From NCBI GenBank assembly GCA_002633005.1, contig NMRA01000909.1:1-64000 (forward strand): a stretch of 64,000 nt of DNA, in the 5' to 3' direction. The notes beneath the pieces are model-generated. The model had not been told where the DNA came from. It did not search any database and saw nothing but the letters and a program-made list of their open reading frames with translations. Below are positions 50,443-63,414 of this stretch, one piece after another; the stretch's first letter is position 1; each line of letters starts with the position of its first letter. Position numbers and translations under genes: made by a program. Source of the stretch: Phoronis australis (taxonomy: Eukaryota > Animalia > Phoronida).

Positions 50443-51699
50443 TTAATTTCATTTATAGGTTGTATTTATTTGTCTGTAGCATAGGCGGGGGCCCGCCCCC
50501 TCCCAACTTGGCTGCTGCCAGCAAAATGAAACAGAAACAGGGTGAATCGCGAAGAAAAAGAGAGTTCACTAACTAGGACCGGTAGCGGATGGGGGGGTGC
50601 TCAGATCCCAGATTGCGGTGTAATCTGCTGACAAATAAATTATCATTGTCAAAATGTGGAAACGAAGAATAATAAATTTTCCATTTACTTGATTTTCTTA
50701 TAGATCCAACATTCAACTACTGACAATAAATCTGGATCTGTGTTCACTTTTCAAAACTCGTTGTATATGTATTTGTNCCCGGAAAAAGTCTAGCCCCAGC
50801 CTCTCCGTTAAAGCTAGGATATAGATGGACAACAACTATAAACTTGTTGCTGCTACTCGTACTACTAAATACCATGATAACCAAGTTAGTAGTCAACGAA
50901 ATTTGAATTCTGATTAAGTGCTTCACGTAATCATCCTGGATTAGGCTACCCGGCCATCTTCGCCCGAATGGTGAACTGCTGCAATGCGTGGATGACAGCA
51001 GCGTGCAGACGAATGAGATAAATATAACTATATATATAGCTCATTGGTGCAGACGATTAGAGGAGGCTTTATGTTTAATTCATGGACATTGAACGCACGT
51101 GGTAGCTACACCAAAATGTAACCAAAAAAGTGTAGAAGTAAATGTCTATGACTGGCTAAGCTATATAGCAGCGAGAGAGCTCCCAAATGATCACAAAAAG
51201 TATAGTGCGGTTTGAATGCCTTAAAATCGACCAAAGACAAAACAGCAGGAAACAGATTTGTCGTCTGTTGTTTTGGTATACTTGATAGCATAGTACGATT
51301 AAGTGCAGACACTTTCAAATTTCAAATTGAAAGTGATCCTCAAATATTTTGTTCATCTAGTGTCCACTTTGATTGTGGATCGGTGGATTGACATGCATGC
51401 GTGTTCGCTGGTGTGCGCTTCCTTTCTCTTTAAATTCAGTAGGCCTACACGTCGACGGTAAGTTCACTACTGGCAGTCCTCCTTCATCGCTCAAAAAACA
51501 TTTAACTACCATGTTTTCTTTCACTGAGAAATCCCGACAAGCATGTTTACATTATAAGGGGAAAGTAGCTCTAGACCTAAGAAAATCTTTGGTCAATGAT
51601 TAAAGTCTTCTCTTGTCAATCAGTGTCAATGCTGCACAGCCTCGCAGGCTTCATACGAGCAACAAACTTCATTGAGAATGTTTCCAAGGTTACGTGCCA

Positions 51700-51815
51700 C
51701 TATTCAAAGGGTTCAGTATTCCGAAGGTTCACTACTCTGAAGGTTCACTACTCCGAAGGTTCGCTACCTTCGAAAGCTCCTTACTTACGAATGTTCGCAA
51801 TTCCGAAACCAGAAT
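51700..51815. repeat. 16-bp tandem repeat (GAAGGTTCACTACTCC)
   Basis: About 6 degenerate copies visible; a related motif occurs at 27520-27546. Confidence 0.8.
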
Positions 51816-52331
51816 TCCGACAGTTCATTACTCTGATTGTTTGCTAATGAGTCGGGACTGACATGAATAAAGCTTTATATTTGTGTCCATTTAGTAACCA
51901 TTTAAAGGGTGTGCAAGAGTTGAATAGTAATTAAAACATTGATTACATTGTTTACAAATTACTGCCAATCGTGATTCTCCAATCTAAGTAACGACTCATT
52001 CTGAAGCAGGGACAACATCTAGGGCGCGGGTCAGGGCTGCGGCTACCAACGGTGGTTTTAAATTTTATAAGACTGAATGAGACTCTCTGATTTTGTGAAG
52101 ACTGGCATAGACAAGGTAGCCTACTAACTACATTTAGTTTCGGTAAGGCCATGCGCGTGGTTCCGGTGGGTAAGATTGTGGCGCATCGGCCCTAAACCTT
52201 TCAGTCACGCTGTGAAATGATGAGACCTTGACATGGATTTGATAAATGTATCGTGGTTGATGATTCATCAATATTCCTACTTCATTGTCTTTTAGAAATG
52301 CTAGTACAAACTCATTTTTCCGTATTCTTAA

Positions 52332-53292
52332 AGTGTACACACCATGGATTTTTGCACATTTCGAATTACCGGTGGCCACAGACTAAATGTATGACGTAAA
52401 ATTTAGCCAAATCCATGATTTTTTTGTGTCATTAGCTCGAAATTTTGATTTCTCTTTCAATTTTGCCAATTTTCACATTTCCCGCCATGTGACATCATGG
52501 GTTGAACACAACAGATTAGCGACTAGCATTGAACAACGGCGAAGAGTAGGGAATTTGAAAGCGACAACGATTATGAGCAAGAAATGAACAAATGCTATGA
52601 AGAAACGTACGAGCATGGTGGCCAAGATGACGAAATGGGGTTGCACGAAAGCGAGAACGAGTTTGATATGTTTTCAGCAGCGTACTTTTCTACTTTGAGG
52701 CCTTACGCACTGGATCCTCCCGCGAGAGAAGCGGCCTCGGGCTCGGCCAGTCAACCCAGTCATCCAACAGACGATCCTGAATAAAGAGCCGATGTTTCTG
52801 AATAGTAAATATTGTCCTTTATTGAACCAGGCCTTCATCGTAACATCTCCTCTGATTGGAGTCGAAACACGACTCCTCAAAGTGGGCAGAACACTGAGTG
52901 TCTCCGGACAGAATCGCTTGGTCCACGCTGAGGTCCCACACTCTCGTTCGGCGCACGAAGCGATGCCATTACTGCGCAACTTTGGCGTCCTTCGGAACAC
53001 CGAGACGTTCTCCGTCTGACTGCTGTTGCTGCAGCCTCAGCAAACACATCTTTTCATCCCTCTACGAACCTTCTCGACGCTAAATATACTTTACTTTCAC
53101 TTCACTTTATACACTTAGTTGCTGATCCGAACAGTGTGCCGAACGACTTGGGTTCAACACATGACGTTGTACATAATTATTGTTTTCAATTTTTACGTGT
53201 TTCTTTATGAGCTGTGCACTAAAGGCACTGAAATCAAGTAAGATATAATAATAAAATTTATTTTGAGGTACTAGAGTCATGTTGCGTACACT
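52332..53292. mobile_element. Kolobok-like deletion derivative, TTAA TSD, with a THAP remnant (-) and a possible second-ORF (KolX-like) N-terminus (+)
   Basis: TTAA-AGTGTACACACCATG ... CATGTTGCGTACACT-TTAA. Minus strand MKRCVC*GCSNS...PKDAKVAQ*WHRFVRRTRVW (THAP); plus strand acidic ORF 52584-52784 with LRPYALDP. Confidence 0.7.
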
Positions 53293-53419
53293 TTAAGGCA
53301 TGTGGCAATTTTGCATACGCATGAAATCCAAATAAAGTGTTTTATTACCCGGGCGTTGTTTTCGTTATAGGTAAAACACTGAGTGCATCTAATAACCGGA
53401 GTGTAGTTTATTTTTGCAT

Positions 53420-56400
53420 GAAAAGTATAAAAATTACACGCGTAATCACGCTTGTAATCACGACCAAGATTTCGCTCGTATTTTACGACCGAAATTGTTC
53501 GCCTATAATTACGCTCTTGATGACGGCCGAGACTTCGCTCGTGTTTTAAGATCGAAATCGTTCGTCCATAATTATGCTCGTGATTACGACCAACATTTCG
53601 CTCGTGATTTACGAGCGCAATCGTTCACCCGTAATTACGAGCGAAATTACGACCGAGACTTTGCTCGTGTTTTACGACCGAAGTCGCTATATCCAATAAC
53701 AAATTGGTTTGAAAGTCACGTGAGCAGTCTAAAGAAGTTTTACGCTCGTATTTTTCGCTTGTAATTGTAGCAAGTATAGTCAAATATTTAAGTACGAGTC
53801 CACGAGACTACCAGCCATTAATTTAATACGCAGTTGACATTGTTTTTTATACAAATGGTTTGTTACTCAAATGTCTTGAATAAAGAGTGAGTGATTTACC
53901 ACCAACATTTAGAAATTCTACTACATAACCCCCTAAAAACGTTTTGAACCAATGTTTTTGCGATGTCATAAGTCATCTGCACGCATTGTTAAGAGTAATA
54001 GAACGAAACTTTGCCTAAATAAATGAAAAAGCATTGTTATTTTAACAAATAATATAAAAGCATTGTCAGACAAAACAACAGATTTGGTGGACCAAAGAAC
54101 TGGCAGCACTTCGGGGTAAGGCACGTAAAGCTCACAGAGCGGCAATTCGGACTGACACTGACGAGTGCTGGGATGCATATCATCTTGCCTATCGCATATT
54201 AAGTCTGCCACGCGCAAAGCAAAGCGCAATTCCTGGAGGAATTTCTGTCAGCAAACTAACAGCCTCTCTGCATCTGCAAGGCTGAAGCAATTGGTTAAGA
54301 AGAATCACTCCTCCAGACTCGAGGTCATTCAAAAAGAGGATGGCTCATACACACGCTCCGCCGAGGAAACACTCGAAGTCATGATGGGTAAGCACTATCC
54401 TGATAGTGTAAACCTGTCGAACCAATATTCAAAAGTGACGGACTCCGAGGAGTGTGAACCATTAGCTTATGCTGATGTTGAAAACGTAGCCACACCACAT
54501 CTCGTGGAGTTAGCTCTAAAGTCTTTTAAACCATGGAAGTCCCCAGGACTAGACATGATATATCCTATAATGTTGCAAGAAGCTGGGATACCACTATTCC
54601 ATATACTCACAGCAACTTACAAAGCCAGTCTTAGACTAGGTTATATCCCTAAGACTTGGACTGAAGCTAGGGTAGTCTTCATTCCTAAACCAGGGAAGAA
54701 CTCATACCTTTTGGCTGAATCATTTAGGCCTATAACCTTAACATCCTTTCTTCTCAAAGGACTGGAAAGGCTCGTTCTGTGGCATCTTGATAAACAAGGA
54801 ATACAGAACAAACTTCAGAACAATCAGTATGCTTATAGGCCTGGCTTCTCTACGGAGACCGCTCTACATCATCTGGTTGCTAGACTGGAAAGGGCTGTTT
54901 TTAATAAACAATTTGCCCTCTGTGCCTTCATTGATCTTGTTGGTGCTTTCAGCAATATTAAGCATGATGCGATTCGAATTGCNNNNNNNNNNNNNNNNNN
55001 NNNNNNNNNNNNNNNNNNNNNNNNNNNNNNNNNNNNNNNNNNNNNNNNNNNNNNNNNNNNNNNNNNNNNNNNNNNNNNNNNNNNNNNNNNNNNNNNNNNN
55101 NNNNNNNNNNNNNNNNNNNNNNNNNNNNNNNNNNNNNNNNNNNNNNNNNNNNNNNNNNNNNNNNNNNNNNNNNNNNNNNNNNNNNNNNNNNNNNNNNNNN
55201 NNNNNNNNNNNNNNNNNNNNNNNNNNNNNNNNNNNNNNNNNNNNNNNNNNNNNNNNNNNNNNNNNNNNNNNNNNNNNNNNNNNNNNNNNNNNNNNNNNNN
55301 NNNNNNNNNNNNNNNNNNNNNNNNNNNNNNNNNNNNNNNNNNNNNNNNNNNNNNNNNNNNNNNNNNNNNNNNNNNNNNNNNNNNNNNNNNNNNNNNNNNN
55401 NNNNNNNNNNNNNNNNNNNNNNNNNNNNNNNNNNNNNNNNNNNNNNNNNNNNNNNNNNNNNNNNNNNNNNNNNNNNNNNNNNNNNNNNNNNNNNNNNNNN
55501 NNNNNNNNNNNNNNNNNNNNNNNNNNNNNNNNNNNNNNNNNNNNNNNNNNNNNNNNNNNNNNNNNNNNNNNNNNNNNNNNNNNNNNNNNNNNNNNNNNNN
55601 NNNNNNNNNNNNNNNNNNNNNNNNNNNNNNNNNNNNNNNNNNNNNNNNNNNNNNNNNNNNNNNNNNNNNNNNNNNNNNNNNNNNNNNNNNNNNNNNNNNN
55701 NNNNNNNNNNNNNNNNNNNNNNNNNNNNNNNNNNNNNNNNNNNNNNNNNNNNNNNNNNNNNNNNNNNNNNNNNNNNNNNNNNNNNNNNNNNNNNNNNNNN
55801 NNNNNNNNNNNNNAACGTGATCGAACCAAAAGGTTCAAAAAGCCTTCTGAGTCTAGATAGATTGGGTATAAGACACGTCATTCAAATTTTGACGGGCCAC
55901 TGCAACCTAGCCCGACACAGACACATTACTGGGCATATGAGGAGCCCTGTGTGTCCCGAGTGTGGTTCTGACGTAGAATCTCCTAAACACCTGGTAGAGT
56001 CTTGCCCAGCTTTTTATAGGCTAAGGAGCAACCTACTGGATGGCACTGTTACATGCCTACAACATATAGTGCATGGCAACAAATGGAAACGTCTGTTTGT
56101 TTTCCTAAAGGAGACTGGCAGACTTGAAAACTTTCTTCACGAGGAGCCATAATCGGGGTCTCGTGGCTTTGCTCAGGTGTTTTGTGCACTAGGCCCAACA
56201 ATGAGGCCTGCGCACGTCTGATGCACCGCAAATGACATCAGACCACCTGCACTGTTTTTTTTTATTGTCAGACAACCTGCTAAATATACATTTTGGCGAT
56301 GTGCTAAAATCGAACCAATGGTTAGGACAGCAAGTAAAAACATTTCAATAAGTCTTTGATATTTTCAACCTTTTGCACTTATGTACTTTGCACCTGAGAT

Positions 56401-56590
56401 TTTACTTTCTGAATACTTCATAACATGTGGAAAATACGAGTGTAAATTAACGAAAGTAAAACTACAAGCGAAAAATATGATTGAAGAATAACGAGCGCAC
56501 AACTGTTTCAGAGCTCACGTAACCAACAAACCAATTTCTCACTGGATAGAACGATTTCGGCCGTAATTACGCGCGACACTTTCACCCGTA
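53420..56590. mobile_element. Inverted-repeat element with internal ~60-bp TTACG(A/C) tandem repeats, interrupted by the LINE
   Basis: 53680-53770 is the inverted counterpart of 56455-56560; tandem units at 53430-53680. Confidence 0.6.
54074..56263 (+). mobile_element. 5'-truncated non-LTR retrotransposon ORF2 (I-group, R1/LOA-like): RT N-half, gap, C-terminal CCHC; 12-bp TSD
   Basis: WWTKELAALR, KSPGLDMI, VVFIPKPGK, FRPITLTSFLLKGLE, QYAYRPGFST, FIDLVGAF; after the gap LTGHCNL...CPECGSDVESPKHLVESCP. TSD ATTGTCAGACAA at 54062-54073 and 56264-56275. Frameshift near 54195. Confidence 0.92.
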
Positions 56591-59069
56591 CGGCCCGCGA
56601 TACTTTCTGGGCATTACATCCGAATTTGAGGTGCGTTCTTTGCGAGTAACCGTTACGGCATCCTCATTTCTGGTATTACAAATTTCGTCTTATCTCAGGA
56701 ACGTAGAACTGAGAGCCCCCTAATTAAGCTGCGTCATGGTCCTTATCGAGAACTTTACAGTGTCGACGTCTGCAAAATATCAAAGGTCCACCGTTCTATA
56801 AATTGGAACCACCTCCCCCGAGCAATGCTTGCTACGGGCCTGCGAGCACATGTTATTGAACATCTTTATCGCTTACACAGAATCGGTGATAACCATTCGT
56901 GCTACGGTGCCCTGTCTGTAGGTCAACAGATTAGCCAAAGTTGGAGGACCCCATTTCATTGCTGTTACAGCATTTGAAGCTGCTTGCCAATAATCACCTT
57001 AAATGCAGCATATGTCCCTCTCAGGTCTATGTAACCTAATCTGCCTGATAGATCAGTCTATATTTCTTTTATTAAATGGCTACTGATGCTTCTTTAACGC
57101 TAAGTTTGATGTACTGACATTGTCTGCTCACTTTGTTGTCAAGGTTTATGATTGTTATGGTATCTGATTGGTCACATTGCAAGTAGCGTGACATCCTGGT
57201 GGCGTAAATCAAAAGTGTTATTCCACAGGGTGGAGGGTCAAAATTATCAAAGTGTGTTCCAGACAATCAGAGGACAGGTGATCTTACACTAAGCTAAAAA
57301 AAGAGTTGAAATAATTTTGAAATGGTTTTTGTTTGACTATCAACTGCTGTTCAAGGTTTGATTAGGTGTCATAAAATGATTAATATTTTTCTAAATTTTA
57401 AGTCTCAATTGCTTACAAGTCATGTTTTGTAACTTATTGCTTCTTAATTCAGGTTATCAAGTCAACAATATAAATATTCTTAATTTCAGAAACAAGCTAT
57501 GTTGGATTGTGAAGCTTCAAGCCTCCAATTCTTGTTCCTTGCAACTTCATATTTTTTTAATCATGCTCGTCAAATTCTGGTGTAATGAAACACTATTCGG
57601 TCACCATGGTAATAGTTACGTGTATGTCCACTTTTAGATCGTGGAAACTTTTGCTGTTGAATAGTGTTTGTAATGCTAAATTTTGTAAAGTATTGTGCAT
57701 TTTAAGTTACTTATTATGTTAAAAGGTTGAACCATTTTGGTTTAAAGAATAAAAAATGATAACATTTTTGTATTGGACTTATCATACTTATGTGCTCGAA
57801 CGAGCCCCCTATTTGGAGAAATGGGAAAAGGTCTGCCTGAGTCAGAGAAGCACGAACTCCAAAAAAAGTAGAACACGAGACGATATTCCACTAGAAAACA
57901 GGAAGTACCAAAATTTAGTGTCTGCAATTCATAACTCTGAACATACTCAGTGATTCTTATAGTAAAAGATTGACATTCCCAAAAATTCCAGCCCCCAATT
58001 TTTTAAGCTTGGTGCGCTCATACAAAGTCTGGTAAAATCTTTGTTGAAAGCCAACAACTTTGCACAGTTCACCAGAAGTACCCAAGTTCTAAATAAACCT
58101 CGTTTGAGCGCGCGCTGTGGCCAGTGACCAGGTAGGCCTAGGCAAGGGTTGCCTTGGCCCAAAGCCGTATGTGCCTACTAACACGCTAGCTGTATTTTGA
58201 TGATAGTCTTCATACTGGTAGCTGGCACTGAGACTAGCTAAGGGCTGCCGCGGCAGTGTGACACAGGATTAACCAGCCCGTAATTTTATGCAAGTGTCTG
58301 AAACTACCTTTGAATACATACGGCATTCATGATTTGAACATTTTACTTCGACAAAACAGCTTGCAACCGCATACCTTCACCTAATTTCTGTCAAAATTTA
58401 TTCGCCACATTTCTTCAGCAAATTCGATACAATTGTCCGTATTTTGATTTTATTAAATAAAGGCTGGTAACAGGCACTCGTCCATTCACACTGACGGCGT
58501 TTTCTTAGCCTGGGTTCCTGAATGAATTGTACTTCCGGGGTTCGCGGCAAGTTCAAAATGACGGTGGTTCTTCGAGTGCGAATCGTGAGTGGCGCGTTCA
58601 TTTAAACTGTTTTCGAGTACGGATCGTGTATTAGTTATGGGGTAATTACTTCTTGGATCTTTATAACATCCTCTATCCATGTAATATGGGTTAACAACGT
58701 GTGAGATCAGGACTTAAAAATACTGAAAACTTGTAACTTAATGAAACCAGTTCCGGTAATTTGCTGTGACATCTACACAACCTCGTGGAAGAAGAACAGT
58801 TGATTGAAGAATTGCGAATAAAGAAAATGGCCAATAGGTGACGCAATATTTCATGGCGCCGAAAGCCGTCGCTAAAGATCGATCCACAACTTTAGCAGCA
58901 GAATAACGGTAGAACGCCACTTTTTCCGACACCGTTAAATAATTTAGTCTACTCAAGGAAGACTGTGGCTTTTAATGACACTAATTTTGTCAGATTTTAT
59001 CTGGCCAGTTTTTTATCCACATCGGCGCAAAGCTGTATATCTCGTACAGCTTTGTACCAAGGCTATGGC

Positions 59070-59835
59070 ATGTGTCGAACATAGAAGTGGTCTTTTGTGG
59101 TACCTCGAATTAGCTCATTTTTGGGAGTCCTGCTTGGGTTTCTGGCGGATCCTTTCCACAGTGCAGTTAGTATGTCGGGTCATCCGGTGATCAGTACGGT
59201 ACGTTTTAACTAGTGTTGACTGGTACCTCAAATACATAATCTAGCTGAAATTTTTAGGAGCATGCCGTGGTTGAGATTTTGGGGGGTTTCTAGTGAGCAC
59301 AATCCACTCACCGAGTGTAATCTGTCTGTCATAGGCAATTTAGGGATCAGTGGCATGTAATGAATCAGATAGAATTGTTTATTGTGGTACCTCTAATGTA
59401 TGGGCTAGCTCATTTTGGGGAGTCGTTAGCGAGTTTCTGGCGGAATCTTACCTAATTGTGTGTCATGAGTCATTCGGTATTCAATGCGGCACAATTGTTT
59501 TGACCGGCACCTCAAATACCTAATCTACCTCAAATTTTCATTGGCATGCCGTTAAGGTTTTTTTGGGGGTTTCAGGCGGGCACAACCCAGAGTGCATTTT
59601 CTGTCATTTGGAATTTAGTGACCCGTAACATGTATTGAATCACATGGAATTGTTTTTTATGGTACCTCGAATGCTTTTGAGCTACTTCATTTTTGGGGGT
59701 CATATATGGGTTTCTCAGGTGGATCTTTTCCAGAGTGCAGTTTGTCTGTCATAGGTCATTCGGTGTTCAGTTCGGCGCAATTGTTCGTATCAGTTGTGGC
59801 CGGTGTTTCGAATATCTAATCTAGCTCATTTTCTG
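59070..59835. repeat. Degenerate tandem repeat, ~290-bp period, ~3 units
   Basis: TGGTACCTC...AGCTCATTTT.GGGAGTC recurs at ~59098, ~59385 and ~59660. Confidence 0.7.
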
Positions 59836-60988
59836 GCCCGCTTGTAAGGTCCCCAGGAGCCACACCTACAGTGCAGACACAGATAGACCTCCAATCTCTA
59901 TACGTACTGGGGTGCACATTAGCTTTTCCGTTGGTCAGATGTAATGGTACTTCGTTTGTCTATGCTAAGTGCCCTAGACTGCCGGAAAAGAAGTTAAAAA
60001 GACTTATCGGCTCATCGGCCGCCGCAATTATGGTTGTGTCATAGACTGTCACGACAACTAGGGGGTGTATATGCTCTGACGAAGTACGTCTCGTCTCTCA
60101 AGTGATCCACCATATTTGTTTTATTAGGAGCACACACGTCAGCAAGACGTTTCTGCAGTTCATGAAACAACAATGTTCGCCAGTGGCCGTCCAATTTGAT
60201 TTCGCTAGATTTGCCTTCATCTCTATGGCCTCTGCTGCCGGCCATGAGTGTGCCAATCAGATCTCTCGGACTTGCACTCAACGTGCGCACGCACACACAC
60301 AAACTTGCATTTCCAGACCAAACATTCACAGAGACACGCACCATCTTCTACCCAAGTTTATAAACTTCGCAAGAATATGGTCATTTGACAGTCCGAAATA
60401 AAGACATTTTCTATCAAAAAGACTTCCTAAGCAGTTCAATTGAAATAGCAAGCTGAAATTGTACTTTACCAGCTGAAAGAAAACAATCAAGTGAATTTAG
60501 AGCCGTTTTGTTGTTTCTTTTCATGGCGGGTTCGTTTTTGTCGACAAGGCAGTATGGTAATTAAGGTGGGGATCCCACACTGGATTTATGGTAATCAAGA
60601 ACGACAAGACGTTGCTTTTGGTTGAAAGTCGTTGTTTTTGACGCCACGTGAACAACTTGATTTGTCCGTGCCGGTAACGGGGTTGTCTTTTTTCTGTCAA
60701 ACCAAACAAAGTTATCTGGCTGAGACGATTATTTGACTCATGCTGATACAACTGAGAAATTCGGCATCTGTTGTGTTGAGCGAGTTGCATTTAATCAGCA
60801 CACCGTAAAGAGCGAAATATTAGAGGGAGCTAACATGCATATGTCAAGGCATTTTATTTTTTGTTGGCATGTCCAATACTGCGGTTGTGATTTTCTAGTG
60901 ACAAAAATGTTTTAACAAACAAGGGAAAACAGTGACATAAAAATAAATAAAAATTTGGAATTGTTCCTTACGCCTAAACTAATGTCAC

Positions 60989-61361
60989 CAGGGGCAGATC
61001 CAGGATTTTGAGTTCGGGGGGGGGGGNNNNNNNNNNNNNNNNNNNNNNNNNNNNNNNNNNNNNNNNNNNNNNNNNNNNNNNNNNNNNNNNNNNNNNNNNN
61101 NNNNNNNNNNNNNNNNNNNNNNNNNNNNNNNNNNNNNNNNNNNNNNNNNNNNNNNNNNNNNNNNNNNNNNNNNNNNNNNNNNNNNNNNNNNNNNNNNNNN
61201 NNNNNNNNNNNNNNNNNNNNNNNNNNNNNNNNNNNNNNNNNNNNNNNNNNNNNNNNNNNNNNNNNNNNNNNNNNNNNNNNNNNNNNNNNNNNNNNNNNNN
61301 NNNNNNNNNNNNNNNNNNNNNNNNNNNNNNNNNNCCCCCCCCCCCCCTAAATACGCCACTG
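60989..61361. mobile_element. Short hAT-like MITE (CAGGGGC...GCCACTG) with 5-bp TSD GTCAC, spanning an N gap
   Basis: GTCAC-CAGGGGCAGATCCAGG ... CCTAAATACGCCACTG-GTCAC. Confidence 0.6.
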
Positions 61362-61434
61362 GTCACGATCCCATCATGAGGCAATGGGTAGTTCCCACTT
61401 GTATATAAGGACAGAGCTGACGTCACTTCCACTG

Positions 61435-62308
61435 TGTCAGAATAAATATTGATTAAGTAATTAGTAAGAATAGATCCATTTTAAGCTGCCCAAAATTTGT
61501 GCATATGTACTTTTAAATCATGGGGTCAGACTTGCTGACATGTATTTTAACGTCAGAATCTATTTTTAGATGGTGTTTACAACTTTGGGTTCTGGGGTCA
61601 AAGTACCATAGAGATTCTAGAATATTCTGAGAACAAATTGTAACAGCCAATAATACGAGAGAATATGATCATGTGTTTTTTATTAGACAATTACTAAATA
61701 AGTAGAATGTTATATTAAGGGCTGAAATCAACAAGATAATTAGATGCGCTATAGTAGTTGAAGCATAAAGACTCGCTACAGTGTACAGAAGCAATTGTAC
61801 GGCAGAGCCATCTCGTGGAAGATTCTAGAAAGGATCTTGGCAAGGGCAAGGGTTAAAGAACAGGAAGTTAACTAAGAGCTTGTCACTTGCATTGTGGGTA
61901 GTAAGATACTTCCTGAAGTGTTACGTCATCAGCCAGAGACTGTGACCAGCAAGAAGATTCGCGGGTAGAAGAAATTGCCTGCAAGTGTTGCATTACCAGG
62001 GACGGTTACCAGCAAGTACACTGTCGCTATACAGTGTGTGTAGTTCGAAGATTCACCAACAGGACAGACATCCAACAAGTGGAGAGTCCTAACGTGGATA
62101 GCAGACAAGACATTTGATTGTTTTGGTTGTTTGATTAAAGTAATCTTTAAAGAGGGCGCTAGCATGCTCTTTGTAGTTGATTTCATTTGTTTAATTAGGG
62201 GTTATCATATAATAAATTAATTACTGGATTTGAATATTCACTCTCCATCTACGCACAGTGTCAAATCATAGCTACCTTTTAAACAAACCCACAGTCAAAC
62301 ATCTGACA
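61435..62308. mobile_element. Solo LTR, 874 bp, 5-bp TSD CACTG
   Basis: CACTG-TGTCAGA ... TCTGACA-CACTG: TG...CA ends, 7-bp inverted termini and an exact TSD. Confidence 0.8.
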
Positions 62309-62515
62309 CACTGGGCTGAGGAAAAATCATTAAAGTCATATGATCCGTTTTTAGACGTTTTAAAAACATCTTGAATCTGCATAAAACCATTGAAACATAC
62401 TCTCTGACACTTAATGGGGCTATTCGAAGAATTCTCCTTGCAGTGTCGCTGCTGTACTTGTTATCAAAATACGTCGTCGCGCTAAGCCTTATTACTGCTA
62501 ATTTCCCTGGTGCAG

Positions 62516-62681
62516 GTCTTCGAGAGGTGGCCACAAATTCCCAAAAGACCTAAGGTTACTATATTAGTGGACAATTACGGTCAAAAGGGTCAACTAACTG
62601 ACAAAAAGTGTGTGGATGCTGAAGCCCCGTGTGTGCTCTATGACTACGCAGTTCCATTCGGAGACTACACAACATTACTTG
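62516..62681 (+). CDS. Probable internal exon of an unidentified gene (VFERWPQIPKRPKVTILVDNYGQKG...VPFGDYTTLL)
   Basis: Acceptor TTTCCCTGGTGCAG|G, donor G|GTAAGT; only one frame is open across 166 nt. Confidence 0.55.
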
Positions 62682-63328
62682 GTAAGTTTTTAGCAATGTT
62701 TCTATGAACATCGGTCGGTGATGTTATCCACATCAGTTACCCCACTGAATAACAGGTTTCTTGAGTGGAACTATGTCTTTCTTTTAGGAAACTCACCCGA
62801 TGCCGGGTAGGCTAGCAGCACATATTCATATTGTCCTGGGTGGGAGTGCTCCCAAAATAATGTGTAAGGTACGTGTTGCACAGAAGTCAAGAGTGACTTT
62901 TTCACAGCAGTTTCTCTTCAAAACTATGCTGTTTCCAATAGAATTTTCTAGAAGAGTGAGTTTCCTTATTTTATCGCGGACCCACCCCCAGGACTACCAG
63001 ATCAGTTATCGAATTAATATGAATAATCCTTAATTCAGTAAATGTCATAACATTGCATTGGACAAAAAATTGACACCTAGAATGAATTTTACTTGTTAAG
63101 ATCAGAAGCACATTTTAAGTGTCATGAAAAATATACATTGTAAAATCACTTTTAGCCTGTTTCACATATTTTAATTCAGATATTAAATAGGACTTGGGTA
63201 CAAAGGTTATTAGTTTCTACACATAAACATGAAGATGAAACGTCGAGTATGTTCTGCCTTACAAAAGTACTTTTGTCTTGTCTTTTCTTTTACAATTTGC
63301 TAATATTTCTTCGACTATTCTGTTACAG

Positions 63329-63414
63329 GTGAGAGAAAACAAGTGAAACCAACCGCCCAACCATCTATTTTACCTTTGAACAAAGTGAAAAGCAATCTTT
63401 CAACAATAATGTGA
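63329..63414 (+). CDS. Possible terminal exon of the same gene (GERKQVKPTAQPSILPLNKVKSNLSTIM*)
   Basis: Acceptor TTCTGTTACAG|G; phase 1 fits the preceding exon; ends in TGA. Confidence 0.35.

Noticed and set aside
50744-50926. Possible paralogue of methyltransferase exon 1 (YPSFNGEAGA)
   Set aside because: Similarity is too weak and I found no downstream SABATH exons.
53414-53764. Regular repeats resembling a CRISPR array or a repeat protein (ORF of 116 aa)
   Set aside because: The units are degenerate tandem copies with no unique spacers, there are no cas genes, the context is eukaryotic, and they lie in a transposon arm.
60039-60401. Overlapping ~100-aa ORFs on both strands
   Set aside because: No recognisable domain or splice context.
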